A stretch of DNA of 64,000 nucleotides, from contig CAXXKA010000001.1 in the NCBI GenBank assembly GCA_963668625.2, forward strand, positions 612,582 through 676,581. Reading direction: 5' to 3'. Positions 29,028-39,555 of this stretch are shown here, in pieces. Source of the DNA: an uncultured candidate division Zixibacteria bacterium. GTDB lineage: Bacteria > Zixibacteria > MSB-5A5 > UBA10806 > 4484-95. The position numbers and the translations under genes were made by a program. Under the pieces are notes generated by a model. The model had not been told where the DNA came from and ran no database searches. It worked only from the letters and a program-made list of their open reading frames with translations. Position 1 is the first letter of the stretch, and every line of letters starts with the position of its first letter.

Positions 29028-29055
29028 TTCAGAGGTTCTGCCGATTGATAGAGTA

Positions 29056-29517
29056 ATGGTATTAAAAAAGATAATAATTCCGGCTCTATTCATCCTGGTG
29101 ATTGCCTGTGGTCGCCCGATATATCAGGATAGCTCCGGGCTATCGCAGAGACACAGGCAGGACCTGGTTTCGATAGCCGGCAGCTATTTGGGAACGCCGT
29201 ACAAATATGGCGGGACCAACTCGAAAGGTTTCGACTGCTCGGGCCTGGTTTATAAAGTGTATAGGCGGGCTATTAACTGGAATGTACCTCGTACTACCGC
29301 CCAACAATACCAGGCGAGCGATAAGGTAAACTCCTCCAATGCCAGGCCGGGAGATCTTGTCTTTTTCCGGATCAACGGCGGCCGGATCGATCATGTTGGC
29401 ATGATGATAAGCAATTATCAATTCATCCATGCCTCGAAATCGAGGGGAGTTATCATATCGGATTTCAGCAACGATTATTATCGGGATAGATTCGCCAGCA
29501 TTCGCCGTTTCAGATAG
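29056..29517 (+). CDS. NlpC/P60 (C40) peptidoglycan endopeptidase lipoprotein
   Basis: Lipobox VIA-C; LGTPYKYGG, GFDCSG, HVG and FIHAS motifs. Confidence 0.93.
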   Translation: MVLKKIIIPALFILVIACGRPIYQDSSGLSQRHRQDLVSIAGSYLGTPYKYGGTNSKGFDCSGLVYKVYRRAINWNVPRTTAQQYQASDKVNSSNARPGDLVFFRINGGRIDHVGMMISNYQFIHASKSRGVIISDFSNDYYRDRFASIRRFR

Positions 29518-29519
29518 TG

Positions 29520-30359
29520 TTATTCATCAAATTCGATCAACCAGATATCGCCATATGGAATATCTTTTTTCTTGTATAGCTCTCCCGCTCGTAAAAACAC
29601 CAGGTATTTGCTATCGGGGGAAAAAACGGCGGCGTAGTCGTGCCTTGGAGGTTCGACATCATCTTTGGGGATGGAGTAATATTTCTGTGTTTGATTATCA
29701 TAGACTACTAAAATCGATTTCCTGCCATCATAAAGGAAAGCCACAAAACGACCATCGGGAGAGACGCGTTGCAAAAATGATGACTCTTTTCCGAATGTCA
29801 GTTGCGTAAGCGAATCCCCGATACACTGGTATATCATTCGTATGTTAAGATTGTTAACATCCGCAGCCGTGTAATACAGGGCTTTGCCCGATTTGATACC
29901 ATAAAACGTTTTTTCATTCTGGTGGGATGGCAGCGAATCGGCGGGAAGATATTCGGGTTCGGGAAATTCCGGTTGGCCCGAAAGGATGTACATCTTACCG
30001 GTTTTGAAATCCATCGAGTAGTATTCCTCGGAGACATATTTCTGTACGCTGTCTCCCTCATCCTCCTCGATTTCAAGCAGACGGTTAAACATTATTCGAT
30101 CGCTTCTCGAATTAAAACACGGCCTATAATCCCGTTTCAGGTCGGACAATTGCCTGATCGTGGCAATTTCGCTTATATCGATAAACTGATATATGAATCT
30201 GTCAATATCGACAGCCTGGATTTGATCGATCTCCTCTCCGAGCTCCTTCTCGACGTCCTGGGGATCAGGGCTGCAGGAGATCAGGCTGAGAATGAGTAAT
30301 GAGATTGCGAAAAATAGAGAAGACTTTATCATAATATATTTTAAGTCTTTTTGTTTCAT
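29520..30359 (-). CDS. Lipoprotein with TolB-like (PD40) repeats
   Basis: Lipobox LIS-C; SPDGRFVAF and FSPDSKYLVF repeats. Confidence 0.65.
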   Translation of the reverse strand: MKQKDLKYIMIKSSLFFAISLLILSLISCSPDPQDVEKELGEEIDQIQAVDIDRFIYQFIDISEIATIRQLSDLKRDYRPCFNSRSDRIMFNRLLEIEEDEGDSVQKYVSEEYYSMDFKTGKMYILSGQPEFPEPEYLPADSLPSHQNEKTFYGIKSGKALYYTAADVNNLNIRMIYQCIGDSLTQLTFGKESSFLQRVSPDGRFVAFLYDGRKSILVVYDNQTQKYYSIPKDDVEPPRHDYAAVFSPDSKYLVFLRAGELYKKKDIPYGDIWLIEFDE

Positions 30360-30485
30360 TAAGTCAATCGATATAATGCTTATTCAGATTTTTCCTTGAC
30401 TATATACCAAGGTTCGGCTATTAAAACTTATTGTGTCATATTAGAGGTCAGTACGCTAATAATATTACTGGTAAATAGTTAACAA

Positions 30486-31373
30486 ATGAAGCTGGAGGTG
30501 GCGTTGAAAAGAGTAGCGGCCTTTGCCATGATTTTCGTACTACTGATAGTTATACTTCTGGTATATTTAAGTATATCACGTAAACAGGATACAAGCCGAT
30601 TGGTGCTTTCCGGTATGGTTGAGGCCGGCGAGAATAACCTGGCATTTCGAATTCCAGGGCAGCTTACCGCAGTTAATTTCAGCGAGGGTGAGCATGTCGA
30701 TAGCGGCGCGGTGACAGCCGAACTGGATAAAACCGAACTGATCAAAGTGCTCGATCAAGCCCGCAAAACCTACCAGGCAGCCGAGGCAAGTATCAAGCAG
30801 CTCGAGGTTTCGCTCGAAACGGTCGAACGTAATCTCGAAAAAATAGGCTCGCTAATATCCTCCGGGGCGGCGACACAAAATCAGTATGATGATTTATACG
30901 ATCAGAAGCGCCAGGTAGAGGCTCAGTTAAATTTTGCTCGAAGGAACGAAGAAGCGCTTCAATCCTCAGTGGAATTAGCCGAGGTAAGGTTAAGCTACGC
31001 TGAAATAATCAGCCACACATCCGGGACCGTGCTTGATCGAATGTACGAGCCGGGTGAGGTGATAATGGCCGGCTCGCCGATACTGACAATTGCCGATCTG
31101 GAGGATCTTACGGTACGGATTTATGTCCCCGAGGTCTCGTTGGGTAAGATCATACTAGGCCAGACCGTTTCAATCGAGGTCGATTCGCATCCGGGGAAAA
31201 CTTTTCCCGGCACGGTTTCATATATATCCGATAAAGCCGAGTTCACTCCCAAGAATGTCCAGACCAAGGAGGAGCGGGTCAAGCAGGTTTTCGGCGTCGA
31301 TATCGAAACCACGAGTCATGATGGCGTAATTAAACCGGGCATGCCCTGTGATGTAATAATAGCGGTGGAATAG
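30486..31373 (+). CDS. HlyD/YbhG-like membrane fusion protein
   Basis: N-terminal TM, coiled coil, AEFTPKNVQT..ER and KPGMP motifs. Confidence 0.9.
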   Translation: MKLEVALKRVAAFAMIFVLLIVILLVYLSISRKQDTSRLVLSGMVEAGENNLAFRIPGQLTAVNFSEGEHVDSGAVTAELDKTELIKVLDQARKTYQAAEASIKQLEVSLETVERNLEKIGSLISSGAATQNQYDDLYDQKRQVEAQLNFARRNEEALQSSVELAEVRLSYAEIISHTSGTVLDRMYEPGEVIMAGSPILTIADLEDLTVRIYVPEVSLGKIILGQTVSIEVDSHPGKTFPGTVSYISDKAEFTPKNVQTKEERVKQVFGVDIETTSHDGVIKPGMPCDVIIAVE

Positions 31374-31386
31374 TAATAATCGAAAT

Positions 31387-32298
31387 ATGTCTGTAGTTGA
31401 AATAGAGAATTTAAAAAAGTCGTTCGATGATATAAAAGCGCTCGATGGTATCAACCTGAGTATCGAATTGGGTGAGGTATTCTGCGTTTTAGGGCCTGAT
31501 GGCGCCGGCAAGACAACTCTTCTGCGGATGCTGGCCGGTGTTATGAGCCCCGATTCGGGCGAGATATCTATTTTCGGCGATGATATCGTGGCTGATATCG
31601 AGGCGGCCAAGCATTCGATCGGCTATCTCTCGCAGAGATTTTCACTGTACCCCGATCTATCGGTTGCCGAAAATATCGATTTCTACTCGAGGTTGTTCGG
31701 AATTAAAAAGAGAGAGGGCGAAGAGCGCAAAAAACGCCTGCTCGAGTTCTCTCGTCTGGGGCCATATGCCGATCGCCGCGCGAAAAACTTATCCGGAGGT
31801 ATGAAACAGAAGCTGGCGTTATCCTGCGCCTTGATTCATACGCCCAAGCTGCTGATCCTTGATGAGCCCACCACCGGCGTCGATCCGATCTCGAGGCGCG
31901 AGTTCTGGAAAATACTTTACGATTTGCTGGCCGATGGTTTAACGATCATATTCGCCTCGCCCTATATGGATGAGGCCGAGCGAGCCAATAGAATAGCCTT
32001 GCTGTATAGCGGTAAGGTGATAACCTGCGAGTCTCCCGATTCGCTAAAAAGCAAATACGCTTACGAATTGGCGGAGCTTATCAGCGATGATAACCGGCTG
32101 GCCCGGGAGATTCTTCAGGATAAATACGGTAAGGATGATGTCGTATTTTTCGGGGATAAACTTCATATAAAAGTTGCGAGCTACGAACGAACCAGAATTG
32201 ACATAGAGGCTATGCTGGCCAAGCGTAACATAGGAATAGTCTCATTGGAGCGGATCGAGCCGGGCATGGAGGATATTTTCATAGATGCCATCACCTGA
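31387..32298 (+). CDS. ABC ATP-binding protein (YbhF N-half-like)
   Basis: GPDGAGKT, LSGGMKQK and DEPTTGVDP; degenerate H-loop (SPYMDE). Confidence 0.9.
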   Translation: MSVVEIENLKKSFDDIKALDGINLSIELGEVFCVLGPDGAGKTTLLRMLAGVMSPDSGEISIFGDDIVADIEAAKHSIGYLSQRFSLYPDLSVAENIDFYSRLFGIKKREGEERKKRLLEFSRLGPYADRRAKNLSGGMKQKLALSCALIHTPKLLILDEPTTGVDPISRREFWKILYDLLADGLTIIFASPYMDEAERANRIALLYSGKVITCESPDSLKSKYAYELAELISDDNRLAREILQDKYGKDDVVFFGDKLHIKVASYERTRIDIEAMLAKRNIGIVSLERIEPGMEDIFIDAIT

Positions 32299-33214
32299 AT
32301 ATTCAGTCGAGGTCGAGCATCTGACCAAATCATTCGGCGATTTCATCGCGGTTGATGATATCTCGTTTAAAGTTGAAAAAGGCGAGGTGTTCGGCTTTTT
32401 AGGCCCAAACGGGGCCGGCAAGTCTACCACTATCAGAATGCTGTGCGGAATTATCCCTCAGAGTTCCGGCATGGGTACCGTTAGTGGTTTTAGTTTGGGC
32501 AAACAAAGCTCTAAAGTGAAATCGGTGATCGGTTATATGTCACAGAAATTCTCGCTATACGAGGATTTGACGGTGTGGGAAAATCTGGATTTCTACTCCG
32601 GAGTTTACCCGATCCCGTTAGGGAAACGTCATGAGAGAATGCGGCAGGCTCTGGAGACAGCCGGGCTGAAGTCGCGCCGGGACGATCTTACCGGTACATT
32701 ACCCGGAGGGCTCAAGCAACGACTGGCTCTGGTGTGTTCATTGATGCATCACCCCGGTATATTATTTTTGGATGAGCCGACCGCCGGTGTCGATCCGCTA
32801 TCCCGCCGTAATTTCTGGGAGCTTATATATCAACTCTCCGAATCGGGGGTGACAGTTTTCGTTACCACTCATTACATGGATGAGGCCGAGCATTGTGATA
32901 GGATAGCCCTTATCGATGCGGGCAAGCTGATACAGGTAGGCACGCCCGAGGAGCTGAAATCGAACTGTAAACGTATACTCGAAATCGAATGTTCCGATTG
33001 GTTGAAAGCATTCGAGATACTACGAGAGAACGAGGAACTCGTGGGGGAGGCCTCGCTTTTCGGCACGCGCATTCATATCATGCCAATCGAGGGGGGAGAG
33101 CGAAGGATCGAAGGCTTGATGAGCCAATCCGATTGCAAGTTGCTTTCCAAACGTGATGTTACGCCCTCGCTCGAGGATGTCTTTGTCTCGCTTTTGAAAC
33201 CGGAGCTACGATGA
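32285..33214 (+). CDS. ABC ATP-binding protein (YbhF C-half-like)
   Basis: GPNGAGKS, DEPTAGVDP and TTHYMDEA motifs. Confidence 0.9.
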   Translation: MPSPEYSVEVEHLTKSFGDFIAVDDISFKVEKGEVFGFLGPNGAGKSTTIRMLCGIIPQSSGMGTVSGFSLGKQSSKVKSVIGYMSQKFSLYEDLTVWENLDFYSGVYPIPLGKRHERMRQALETAGLKSRRDDLTGTLPGGLKQRLALVCSLMHHPGILFLDEPTAGVDPLSRRNFWELIYQLSESGVTVFVTTHYMDEAEHCDRIALIDAGKLIQVGTPEELKSNCKRILEIECSDWLKAFEILRENEELVGEASLFGTRIHIMPIEGGERRIEGLMSQSDCKLLSKRDVTPSLEDVFVSLLKPELR

Positions 33215-34338
33215 GATTCGGCGCGGTATTCATAAAAGAGGCGATAATGATTTCCCGGGATAAGCGGGCGCTGTTTTTGATATTCATTTTCCCGGTGTTC
33301 ATGTTATTTCTATACACTTACGGGGTCTCGTTCGATATCGAGGAAATAAACGTGGCAGTTCTGGACTACAGCCAGAGCGCGACCTCAAGAAACATAATAC
33401 ATAAGTTTAACTCATCGCGTTATCTTGATGTTAGATATAATGTAAGAAGTTATGATGATATCGAGAAATTGCTCGTAAGCAGTAATATCATTTTAGCCTT
33501 TATTTTTCCACCGGAACTTGAAAAAGACATTCAAACCGGACAAAAAGCCTCGGTACAGGTAATCGCAAACGGCTCGGATGCCAATACCGCCAGCGTTGCC
33601 CTGGGGTATCAGGCGGCGATATTCAGTTCTTACGGTATCGAGCTTATGCAGGCTAATTTAAACACCGCCGGTATGCAGCATTTAGCTATCCCTAAAGTAA
33701 CCGAGAGAACGCGTCTGTGGTATAACCCCGAATTGAATTCTACCTATTTTATCGCGCCGGGCGTTATCGCTATTGTCTCGATGTTGCTGGGATCGCTTTT
33801 GACCGCCACCTCTCTGGTGCGTGAGAAAGAATCGGGCACTATCGAGATGTTGGCCTCGACACCGATCAAGCCGATTGACCTTGTTCTTGGCAAGGTCGCG
33901 CCATATATCATAATAGCTTTCATTGATGTCATAATAGTCGTGCTGCTGGCGCATTTCGGGCTTAAGGTGCCGATTGTTGGCAGCGTGCCACTGTTACTGC
34001 TTGGCGCGTTTTTATTTCTGATCTGTGCCCTGGGAATCGGCCTGTTCGCCTCCTCGGTTACCGGCACCATAAGCGCCGCGCAATTCGTGGTGGTTTTAAT
34101 GAGCCTGTTGCCCTCTATACTTCTTTCGGGATTCATATTCCCGATCGAGAGCATGCCAAAAGCGGTTCAGGCGATTACTTATATAGTACCCGCCCGCTAT
34201 TTCATCGTGATTTTAAGAGGCATATTTTTGAAAGGCATTGGCTTTAATATATTATGGCCGCAGTATTTGTTTTTAGCGGTGTTCGGTTCGATGATAACGT
34301 TTTTATCGATTAAAAAAATAAAGAAGAAGTTAGACTGA
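33211..34338 (+). CDS. ABC-2 permease (YbhS-like)
   Basis: WYNPEL, VREKESGTIE and LSGFIFPIESMP motifs. Confidence 0.9.
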   Translation: MRFGAVFIKEAIMISRDKRALFLIFIFPVFMLFLYTYGVSFDIEEINVAVLDYSQSATSRNIIHKFNSSRYLDVRYNVRSYDDIEKLLVSSNIILAFIFPPELEKDIQTGQKASVQVIANGSDANTASVALGYQAAIFSSYGIELMQANLNTAGMQHLAIPKVTERTRLWYNPELNSTYFIAPGVIAIVSMLLGSLLTATSLVREKESGTIEMLASTPIKPIDLVLGKVAPYIIIAFIDVIIVVLLAHFGLKVPIVGSVPLLLLGAFLFLICALGIGLFASSVTGTISAAQFVVVLMSLLPSILLSGFIFPIESMPKAVQAITYIVPARYFIVILRGIFLKGIGFNILWPQYLFLAVFGSMITFLSIKKIKKKLD

Positions 34339-35462
34339 TGTTTCGTCGGATATTTTTTCTCATTAAAAAGGAATTAGTTCAGAGCCTTCGAGACAAACGC
34401 TCGGTGGCTATGCTGATTATAGCTCCTACCATACAGCTACTCGTGTTCGGCTATGTAGCAACAACCGATTTGAAACGCTCCTCGACCGTGATTTGTGATT
34501 ATGATAAATCGCCGACCAGCCGGGAGTATATCAAATCGCTTACCTCCTCGGGATATTTTAAAGACAAGTACTACTGCCAATCGCAGGATGAGATGGAGTA
34601 TTACATAGAATCGGGACAGGCTATTGCCGGAATCATGATTCCAGCGGGATTTCAAAGCGATATCAAGCGCGGCAGGGAGGTAGTGATTGGGATTGCCCTG
34701 GATGCGACTAATTCCAATACGGCGACAATTCTGAGTGGATATATAAGCTTTATTAATACCTCGTTTTCGAATAGTTTATCGGCGAAATACGGTTCACTGA
34801 GTTCATCCGGAGATATCGTTCCTCTGGATGTGAAGCCCCGGGTATGGTTCAACCCGGATTTGAAATCGGTTAATTTCATGGTTCCGGGGGTAATGGCCAT
34901 GTTAACGTTGATACTTCTGTTGAATATAACCTCGTTATCCATCGTGAGGGAAAGGGAACTGGGAACGGCCGAGCAGATAGTAGTGACACCGATAAGGTCT
35001 ATCGAGTTAATAATCGGTAAAATATTCCCGGCCGTATTTTTCGGATATCTGACCACAACTCTGGTACTGGTGGTTGGAATGATCTGGTTTGGAATTGACT
35101 TTAAAGGGTCGGTTATTCTTCTATATGTATTCGCGGGGATGTTCTTTTTCTGTGCTATATCTCTGGGGCTTTTGATATCGACTTATTCTCAAACCGGTGA
35201 TCAGGCGATGTGGGCAAACCAGTTTATTATGATGCCGAATGTACTGTTATCGGGATTCATTTATCCTATTGACAACATGCCGGAAATAATCCAATATATA
35301 ACATATATTTTACCGATGCGATACTATCTGGTGATAATACGTGGAATCTTCCTTCGGGGAGCGGGTTTTGCCGAGTTATGGCCTCAGGCGGCCGCTTTAT
35401 TCGTATGGGGCAGTCTGATAGTACTAATCGCATCACTAAGGTTGCGTAAACATATTGTTTAA
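34338..35462 (+). CDS. ABC-2 permease (YbhR-like)
   Basis: WFNPDL, VRERELGT and LSGFIYPI motifs. Confidence 0.9.
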   Translation: MFRRIFFLIKKELVQSLRDKRSVAMLIIAPTIQLLVFGYVATTDLKRSSTVICDYDKSPTSREYIKSLTSSGYFKDKYYCQSQDEMEYYIESGQAIAGIMIPAGFQSDIKRGREVVIGIALDATNSNTATILSGYISFINTSFSNSLSAKYGSLSSSGDIVPLDVKPRVWFNPDLKSVNFMVPGVMAMLTLILLLNITSLSIVRERELGTAEQIVVTPIRSIELIIGKIFPAVFFGYLTTTLVLVVGMIWFGIDFKGSVILLYVFAGMFFFCAISLGLLISTYSQTGDQAMWANQFIMMPNVLLSGFIYPIDNMPEIIQYITYILPMRYYLVIIRGIFLRGAGFAELWPQAAALFVWGSLIVLIASLRLRKHIV

Positions 35463-35509
35463 TTTTAGGGAATAAAATATATACTGAGACGTAAAAGATA
35501 ATAAGGAAT

Positions 35510-35755
35510 ATGGACGAAGAAAAAACAGGATGGTTTGGTAAGTTTTATGGTTGGTTATCTTATCTGGTAGCTCTGACGTTCCTGGTTTTAGGTTCAGGGA
35601 TACTTCTGAAGATACTGTTACCCGAGCCATTCCCGTTAACCGTGACACAAAGATGGGTTCTGGGGGGTATCATCCTTGTCTATGGTATTGCCAGGATCGT
35701 AAGTTTATATGTTAAAGGAAAAAAGGAGAAAAACAAAGAGGCTTTATCGGACTGA
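35510..35755 (+). CDS. Small two-TM membrane protein
   Basis: SD AAGGA; two hydrophobic helices; G.I..YG..R pattern. Confidence 0.6.
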   Translation: MDEEKTGWFGKFYGWLSYLVALTFLVLGSGILLKILLPEPFPLTVTQRWVLGGIILVYGIARIVSLYVKGKKEKNKEALSD

Positions 35756-35877
35756 TCGTAATCGTATCTTAAGAAAAAAAGCCTTGACTACGGATATGTA
35801 AATTGTATTATAAGTGTTCAGTTTTTTAGAACCTGAATCAGGTTTGGGAGATTGGATAAGGCCTACGGGAGGATAGA

Positions 35878-37557
35878 GTGGCAAAGAAAATAGTAGTAAT
35901 ATTCCTGTTGGCTTTTGCGGCCAATGTGGTATTCGCTGCCTCATCACAAAAGCTAGCTGAAAACGTTAACGAACTCATTGCTCAGAAAAACTTTACCGAA
36001 GCTAACCGCCAGGTCGATTCGGCCCTGGTCGTTTCACCTACGGATCATCACCTGCTCACCAGCAAAGGCGAAATACTACTTGCCCAGGAGAAATATGCCG
36101 AGGCTTTGGGGTATTTCGAAAGCGCTCTGGAGGAGAAAGACAAGCATGAGGATGCTTTATACGGCGCCGGTGTTTGTGCTTTAAAGGTCGGTGAGGCCGA
36201 GAAAGCGCTGGAGTATTTCGAACGAGGCGTAAAACGAAAAAAACGCAAAGAGGATTTCCTTTACGGCAAAGCCATGGCCCAAAAAGATTTAGGGCAGTTG
36301 GCGGAAGCCTCGAAAACCATCAGAACCGCAATTAAAGATAATGAGAACAGCCCGAAACTACACCGGGCTTTCGGCGATATCAATTTCCAGAAAGAGGTCT
36401 GGTCTTTTGCCATCCAGGGTTACACCAAATCCCTCGAACTGGATTCCACCCAGACCGGTTTGTACTACCAGATAGCCCGGGCTAACTTCATGTCCCGTCA
36501 GTTTACCGAGGCCGTGAAATGGTATAAAGATTATCTGAAAATCCATACAAAAGATATTAAAGCCTGGAAAGAGCTTTACGATATTTGTTCACATGCTAAT
36601 CTCACCAGCGAGACGATATTTTGCGCCACCAAGCTGGCCGAACTCGAACCCGAAAACGGCGAGTGGTGGTACATCCTCGGTGATCTGCATTTCAATATCA
36701 GGCAGTACGAGCAAGCCGGCGAGGCTCTGGAGAAATCGGTTGCTCTCGAGTATAACGTAGCCGAATCGTATCGCCGACTGGCTAAAGTTTATCAGTTGAG
36801 AAAAGAATATTACAAAGCCGACAGCGCATATACTCGTTATGAAAACGAGATGGGCGAGCCCGATGATCCGGCATACTGGTTCGATAAAGGCAAAGTCATG
36901 ATCAAGATCGGGCAGAATGATCCCAAGCTGTTCGGCAGCGCCATTAAATCATTCGATAAAGCGATAAGCCTCGATTCGACCGTTTCCGATTACTGGGAGT
37001 ACAGTGGCTTAGCCAGGTATTATAATAAAGATTATGCCGGCGCCATCCCGTATTTTATCAAGCGCCTCAAGATTGGCGGGGAGAATGTCAACGCTCTTCG
37101 TAACCTGGCGTTCTGTTATCTCAAAACCGAAAAATACGAAAAAGCCGCCGAAACGCTCGAACGCGCTATCTCCATGAAACCGGAGGACGCGCAGATGAGA
37201 AAGATGATCGGCAAGATTTATATATTCCTGGGTAGTCGGGAGCAGAAAGCGGTGGATCATTTCCTGGTCGCCTTGCAGGATACCACGGGTTCGCTCAAAA
37301 AAGCAGAGGTTTGTGAACTTCGAGGTGATTTAGGTTATTGCTATGTCGCCCTGGCGCAGCCGAAAAAGGCTATCGCGCAGCTCGAGATAGCAGTCAAATG
37401 CATGCCTAAGGATGTCGATGTGCTTTTTAATCTGGCTACGGCTTATTATATGAATCAACAACGGGATGAAGCCAATGAGTGGGCTACTAAAGTTCTGGAA
37501 CTCGACCCGAATCACAAAGGCGCGGATGAGTTGGAGAAGAGAACTAGGACCAGGTAA
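35878..37557 (+). CDS. Secreted multi-TPR protein heading the Ton-motor operon
   Basis: Signal peptide ending VFA; more than 10 TPR repeats; TTGACT promoter element at 35784. Confidence 0.85.
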   Translation: MAKKIVVIFLLAFAANVVFAASSQKLAENVNELIAQKNFTEANRQVDSALVVSPTDHHLLTSKGEILLAQEKYAEALGYFESALEEKDKHEDALYGAGVCALKVGEAEKALEYFERGVKRKKRKEDFLYGKAMAQKDLGQLAEASKTIRTAIKDNENSPKLHRAFGDINFQKEVWSFAIQGYTKSLELDSTQTGLYYQIARANFMSRQFTEAVKWYKDYLKIHTKDIKAWKELYDICSHANLTSETIFCATKLAELEPENGEWWYILGDLHFNIRQYEQAGEALEKSVALEYNVAESYRRLAKVYQLRKEYYKADSAYTRYENEMGEPDDPAYWFDKGKVMIKIGQNDPKLFGSAIKSFDKAISLDSTVSDYWEYSGLARYYNKDYAGAIPYFIKRLKIGGENVNALRNLAFCYLKTEKYEKAAETLERAISMKPEDAQMRKMIGKIYIFLGSREQKAVDHFLVALQDTTGSLKKAEVCELRGDLGYCYVALAQPKKAIAQLEIAVKCMPKDVDVLFNLATAYYMNQQRDEANEWATKVLELDPNHKGADELEKRTRTR

Positions 37558-37609
37558 CTATAGAATCGTAGATATTTTAGATAGTTAAAAATATTTGATG
37601 GGAGTTTAG

Positions 37610-38308
37610 ATGGCAAAAGGAAAACAGATAGATCCCGAGGAGCTTCGGTACAACTATCTCGGGTTCGAGTACGCGCCGGGAAAGTTGAAAGATTTCTGGA
37701 AATCTGAAGACGAGAAAAAAGCTTTCGTAGATAAGATCAAGTCCCGTCTTAAAGGTCAGCACTCGATCGAGCGCGATACCTCAATGGTAAACGCCAGGGA
37801 GATGAATGTCGCCGACAGGTGGGTTATTTCCATCGCGTCCCTGGTGATGGTAATTTCTTTGTTTCTGCCTTATTATCGTTTTGAGGCGTTTGGCGGTCAC
37901 GTAAGCGGCAGCACGTTGTCATATCTGGCCAATCTCGGCTACGTATCCAATTTCGTAGCCTGGGGCAACCTGATAGTAAAGCTGACGTTTTTCATGACTG
38001 TATTAATGGCGTTGGTCAGTCCGATTATCGGTATACTTAATATCGTAGCCTTGAATACCGGGTTGAATAAACCTAATTACTTCTCCCGACTGAAATTTTA
38101 CGGTAAGTTGAATTTATATGCGATTGTTTTATACCTGGTGATGTTTGTCCTGATCGCTCTGGGGCAGTCCAACCCGTTCGGTTCGCTGGGCATTCCCGCA
38201 CTGGGTGAAAACCTTAGCCTTGGTACATTAATAGGACTTTCAAGTTTTAGCATGTGGTTTAATCTGGGCATGCATTTCGTTGGAAGTATCCCGGCATCGG
38301 AACTATAA
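37610..38308 (+). CDS. Hypothetical membrane protein (~4 TM, soluble N-terminus)
   Basis: SD GGAG; hydrophobic segments; located between the TPR gene and exbB. Confidence 0.7.
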   Translation: MAKGKQIDPEELRYNYLGFEYAPGKLKDFWKSEDEKKAFVDKIKSRLKGQHSIERDTSMVNAREMNVADRWVISIASLVMVISLFLPYYRFEAFGGHVSGSTLSYLANLGYVSNFVAWGNLIVKLTFFMTVLMALVSPIIGILNIVALNTGLNKPNYFSRLKFYGKLNLYAIVLYLVMFVLIALGQSNPFGSLGIPALGENLSLGTLIGLSSFSMWFNLGMHFVGSIPASEL

Positions 38309-38341
38309 AAATAAACATAAAAAAAACTTAGGAGGACTTAA

Positions 38342-39073
38342 GTGAAACAATCTGTATTTTTCTTCATCCTGCTGATCGTTGCGATCGCTACAGGTTATAT
38401 TATTTGGGCTTTCATGCTGCCGGAATATCTGAGAGAGGGCGGCCCGCTCGTTGCCGGGTTAATTGCCATGTTAATTCTTCTTATTGGATTTATCGTGGAA
38501 CGCTGGCTGACCTTGCGTATCGCGCGTGGTAAAGCTTCTGTCCAGGCTTTCTTCAAGAAAGTCATCACCATGCTCAACTCCAACGATTACGAGGGAGCTA
38601 TCGCCGCTTGCGACAAACAGCGCGGTAGTGTTGCCAATATCATCCGCGCCGGTATCGAACGTTACAACGCCGTCAAGGATGATCCGAACCTGAATACTGA
38701 AAAGAAAATCGAAGAGACTCAGCGTGCTATCGACGAGGCCAATGCTCTCGAGGTTCCGCTTCTGGAAAGAAACCTCATTGCTCTGTCGACCATCGCCTCA
38801 ATCGCCACCATGTGGGGCCTTCTGGGTACCACTATCGGTATGATCAGGGCGTTCTCGGCTACCGGTCATCGTAAGGGCGGCGTCATTGACGCTCAGCAGT
38901 TGGCTGTTGGTATTTCCGAGGCTCTGGTAAACACCGCCGGCGGTCTGACCAACGCTATTGTCGGTATTATCGCTTATAACGTGTTCGTGAACAAAGTTGA
39001 TACTTTCAACTATACAATCGATGAAGCATCTTACGAAGTGATGCAATTAATCAAAGGAAAAGAGGAAGCTTAA
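38342..39073 (+). CDS. exbB: MotA/TolQ/ExbB proton channel
   Basis: GLLGTTIGMI.AF and GISEALVNTA.G motifs. Confidence 0.92.
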   Translation: MKQSVFFFILLIVAIATGYIIWAFMLPEYLREGGPLVAGLIAMLILLIGFIVERWLTLRIARGKASVQAFFKKVITMLNSNDYEGAIAACDKQRGSVANIIRAGIERYNAVKDDPNLNTEKKIEETQRAIDEANALEVPLLERNLIALSTIASIATMWGLLGTTIGMIRAFSATGHRKGGVIDAQQLAVGISEALVNTAGGLTNAIVGIIAYNVFVNKVDTFNYTIDEASYEVMQLIKGKEEA

Positions 39074-39540
39074 TGGCTGGTAGGAGAATCGGCGTAATAA
39101 TAGATATGACTCCTATGGTCGATATCGCTTTTCTCCTTTTGATCTTCTACATGGCGACTACTCAGTTCAAGCCGCCGGAGAAGGAAAGCGTTTCACTACC
39201 TCGATCCTCATCCGAGATTAAGGTACCCGATAAGGGTATCATCAATATTACGGTGAATAAATACGACAATATATATGTCGAATATATCACCAAGGATACG
39301 CTGACCGGAGAGATCATTCGTGAGTCTCCGGAAGTTGACCTGCGAAGCTTGAACTACAACCTGACCACCGCCCGTGTGAAACTGGGCAACCCGGAGATCA
39401 TCGTTAAAGCGGATCGAGAATGTAGTTACGGAGTTATGCGAGAGGTGATGAGTACACTTCAGGAAGTTGGTATTGACCATTTCTCATTAATGACGGATTT
39501 GAGAATTCAGCAACAAGCTGAGGAAGAACCGTCATCATAA
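39073..39540 (+). CDS. exbD: ExbD/TolR family protein
   Basis: DMTPMVDIAFLLLIF and KAD...YG motifs. Confidence 0.9.
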   Translation: MAGRRIGVIIDMTPMVDIAFLLLIFYMATTQFKPPEKESVSLPRSSSEIKVPDKGIINITVNKYDNIYVEYITKDTLTGEIIRESPEVDLRSLNYNLTTARVKLGNPEIIVKADRECSYGVMREVMSTLQEVGIDHFSLMTDLRIQQQAEEEPSS

Positions 39541-39555
39541 AGGAGGTGAATTCTT

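Noticed and set aside
31387-32298. ABC ATPase lacking the H-loop histidine
   Set aside because: A degenerate first nucleotide-binding domain is normal for YbhF-type exporters.
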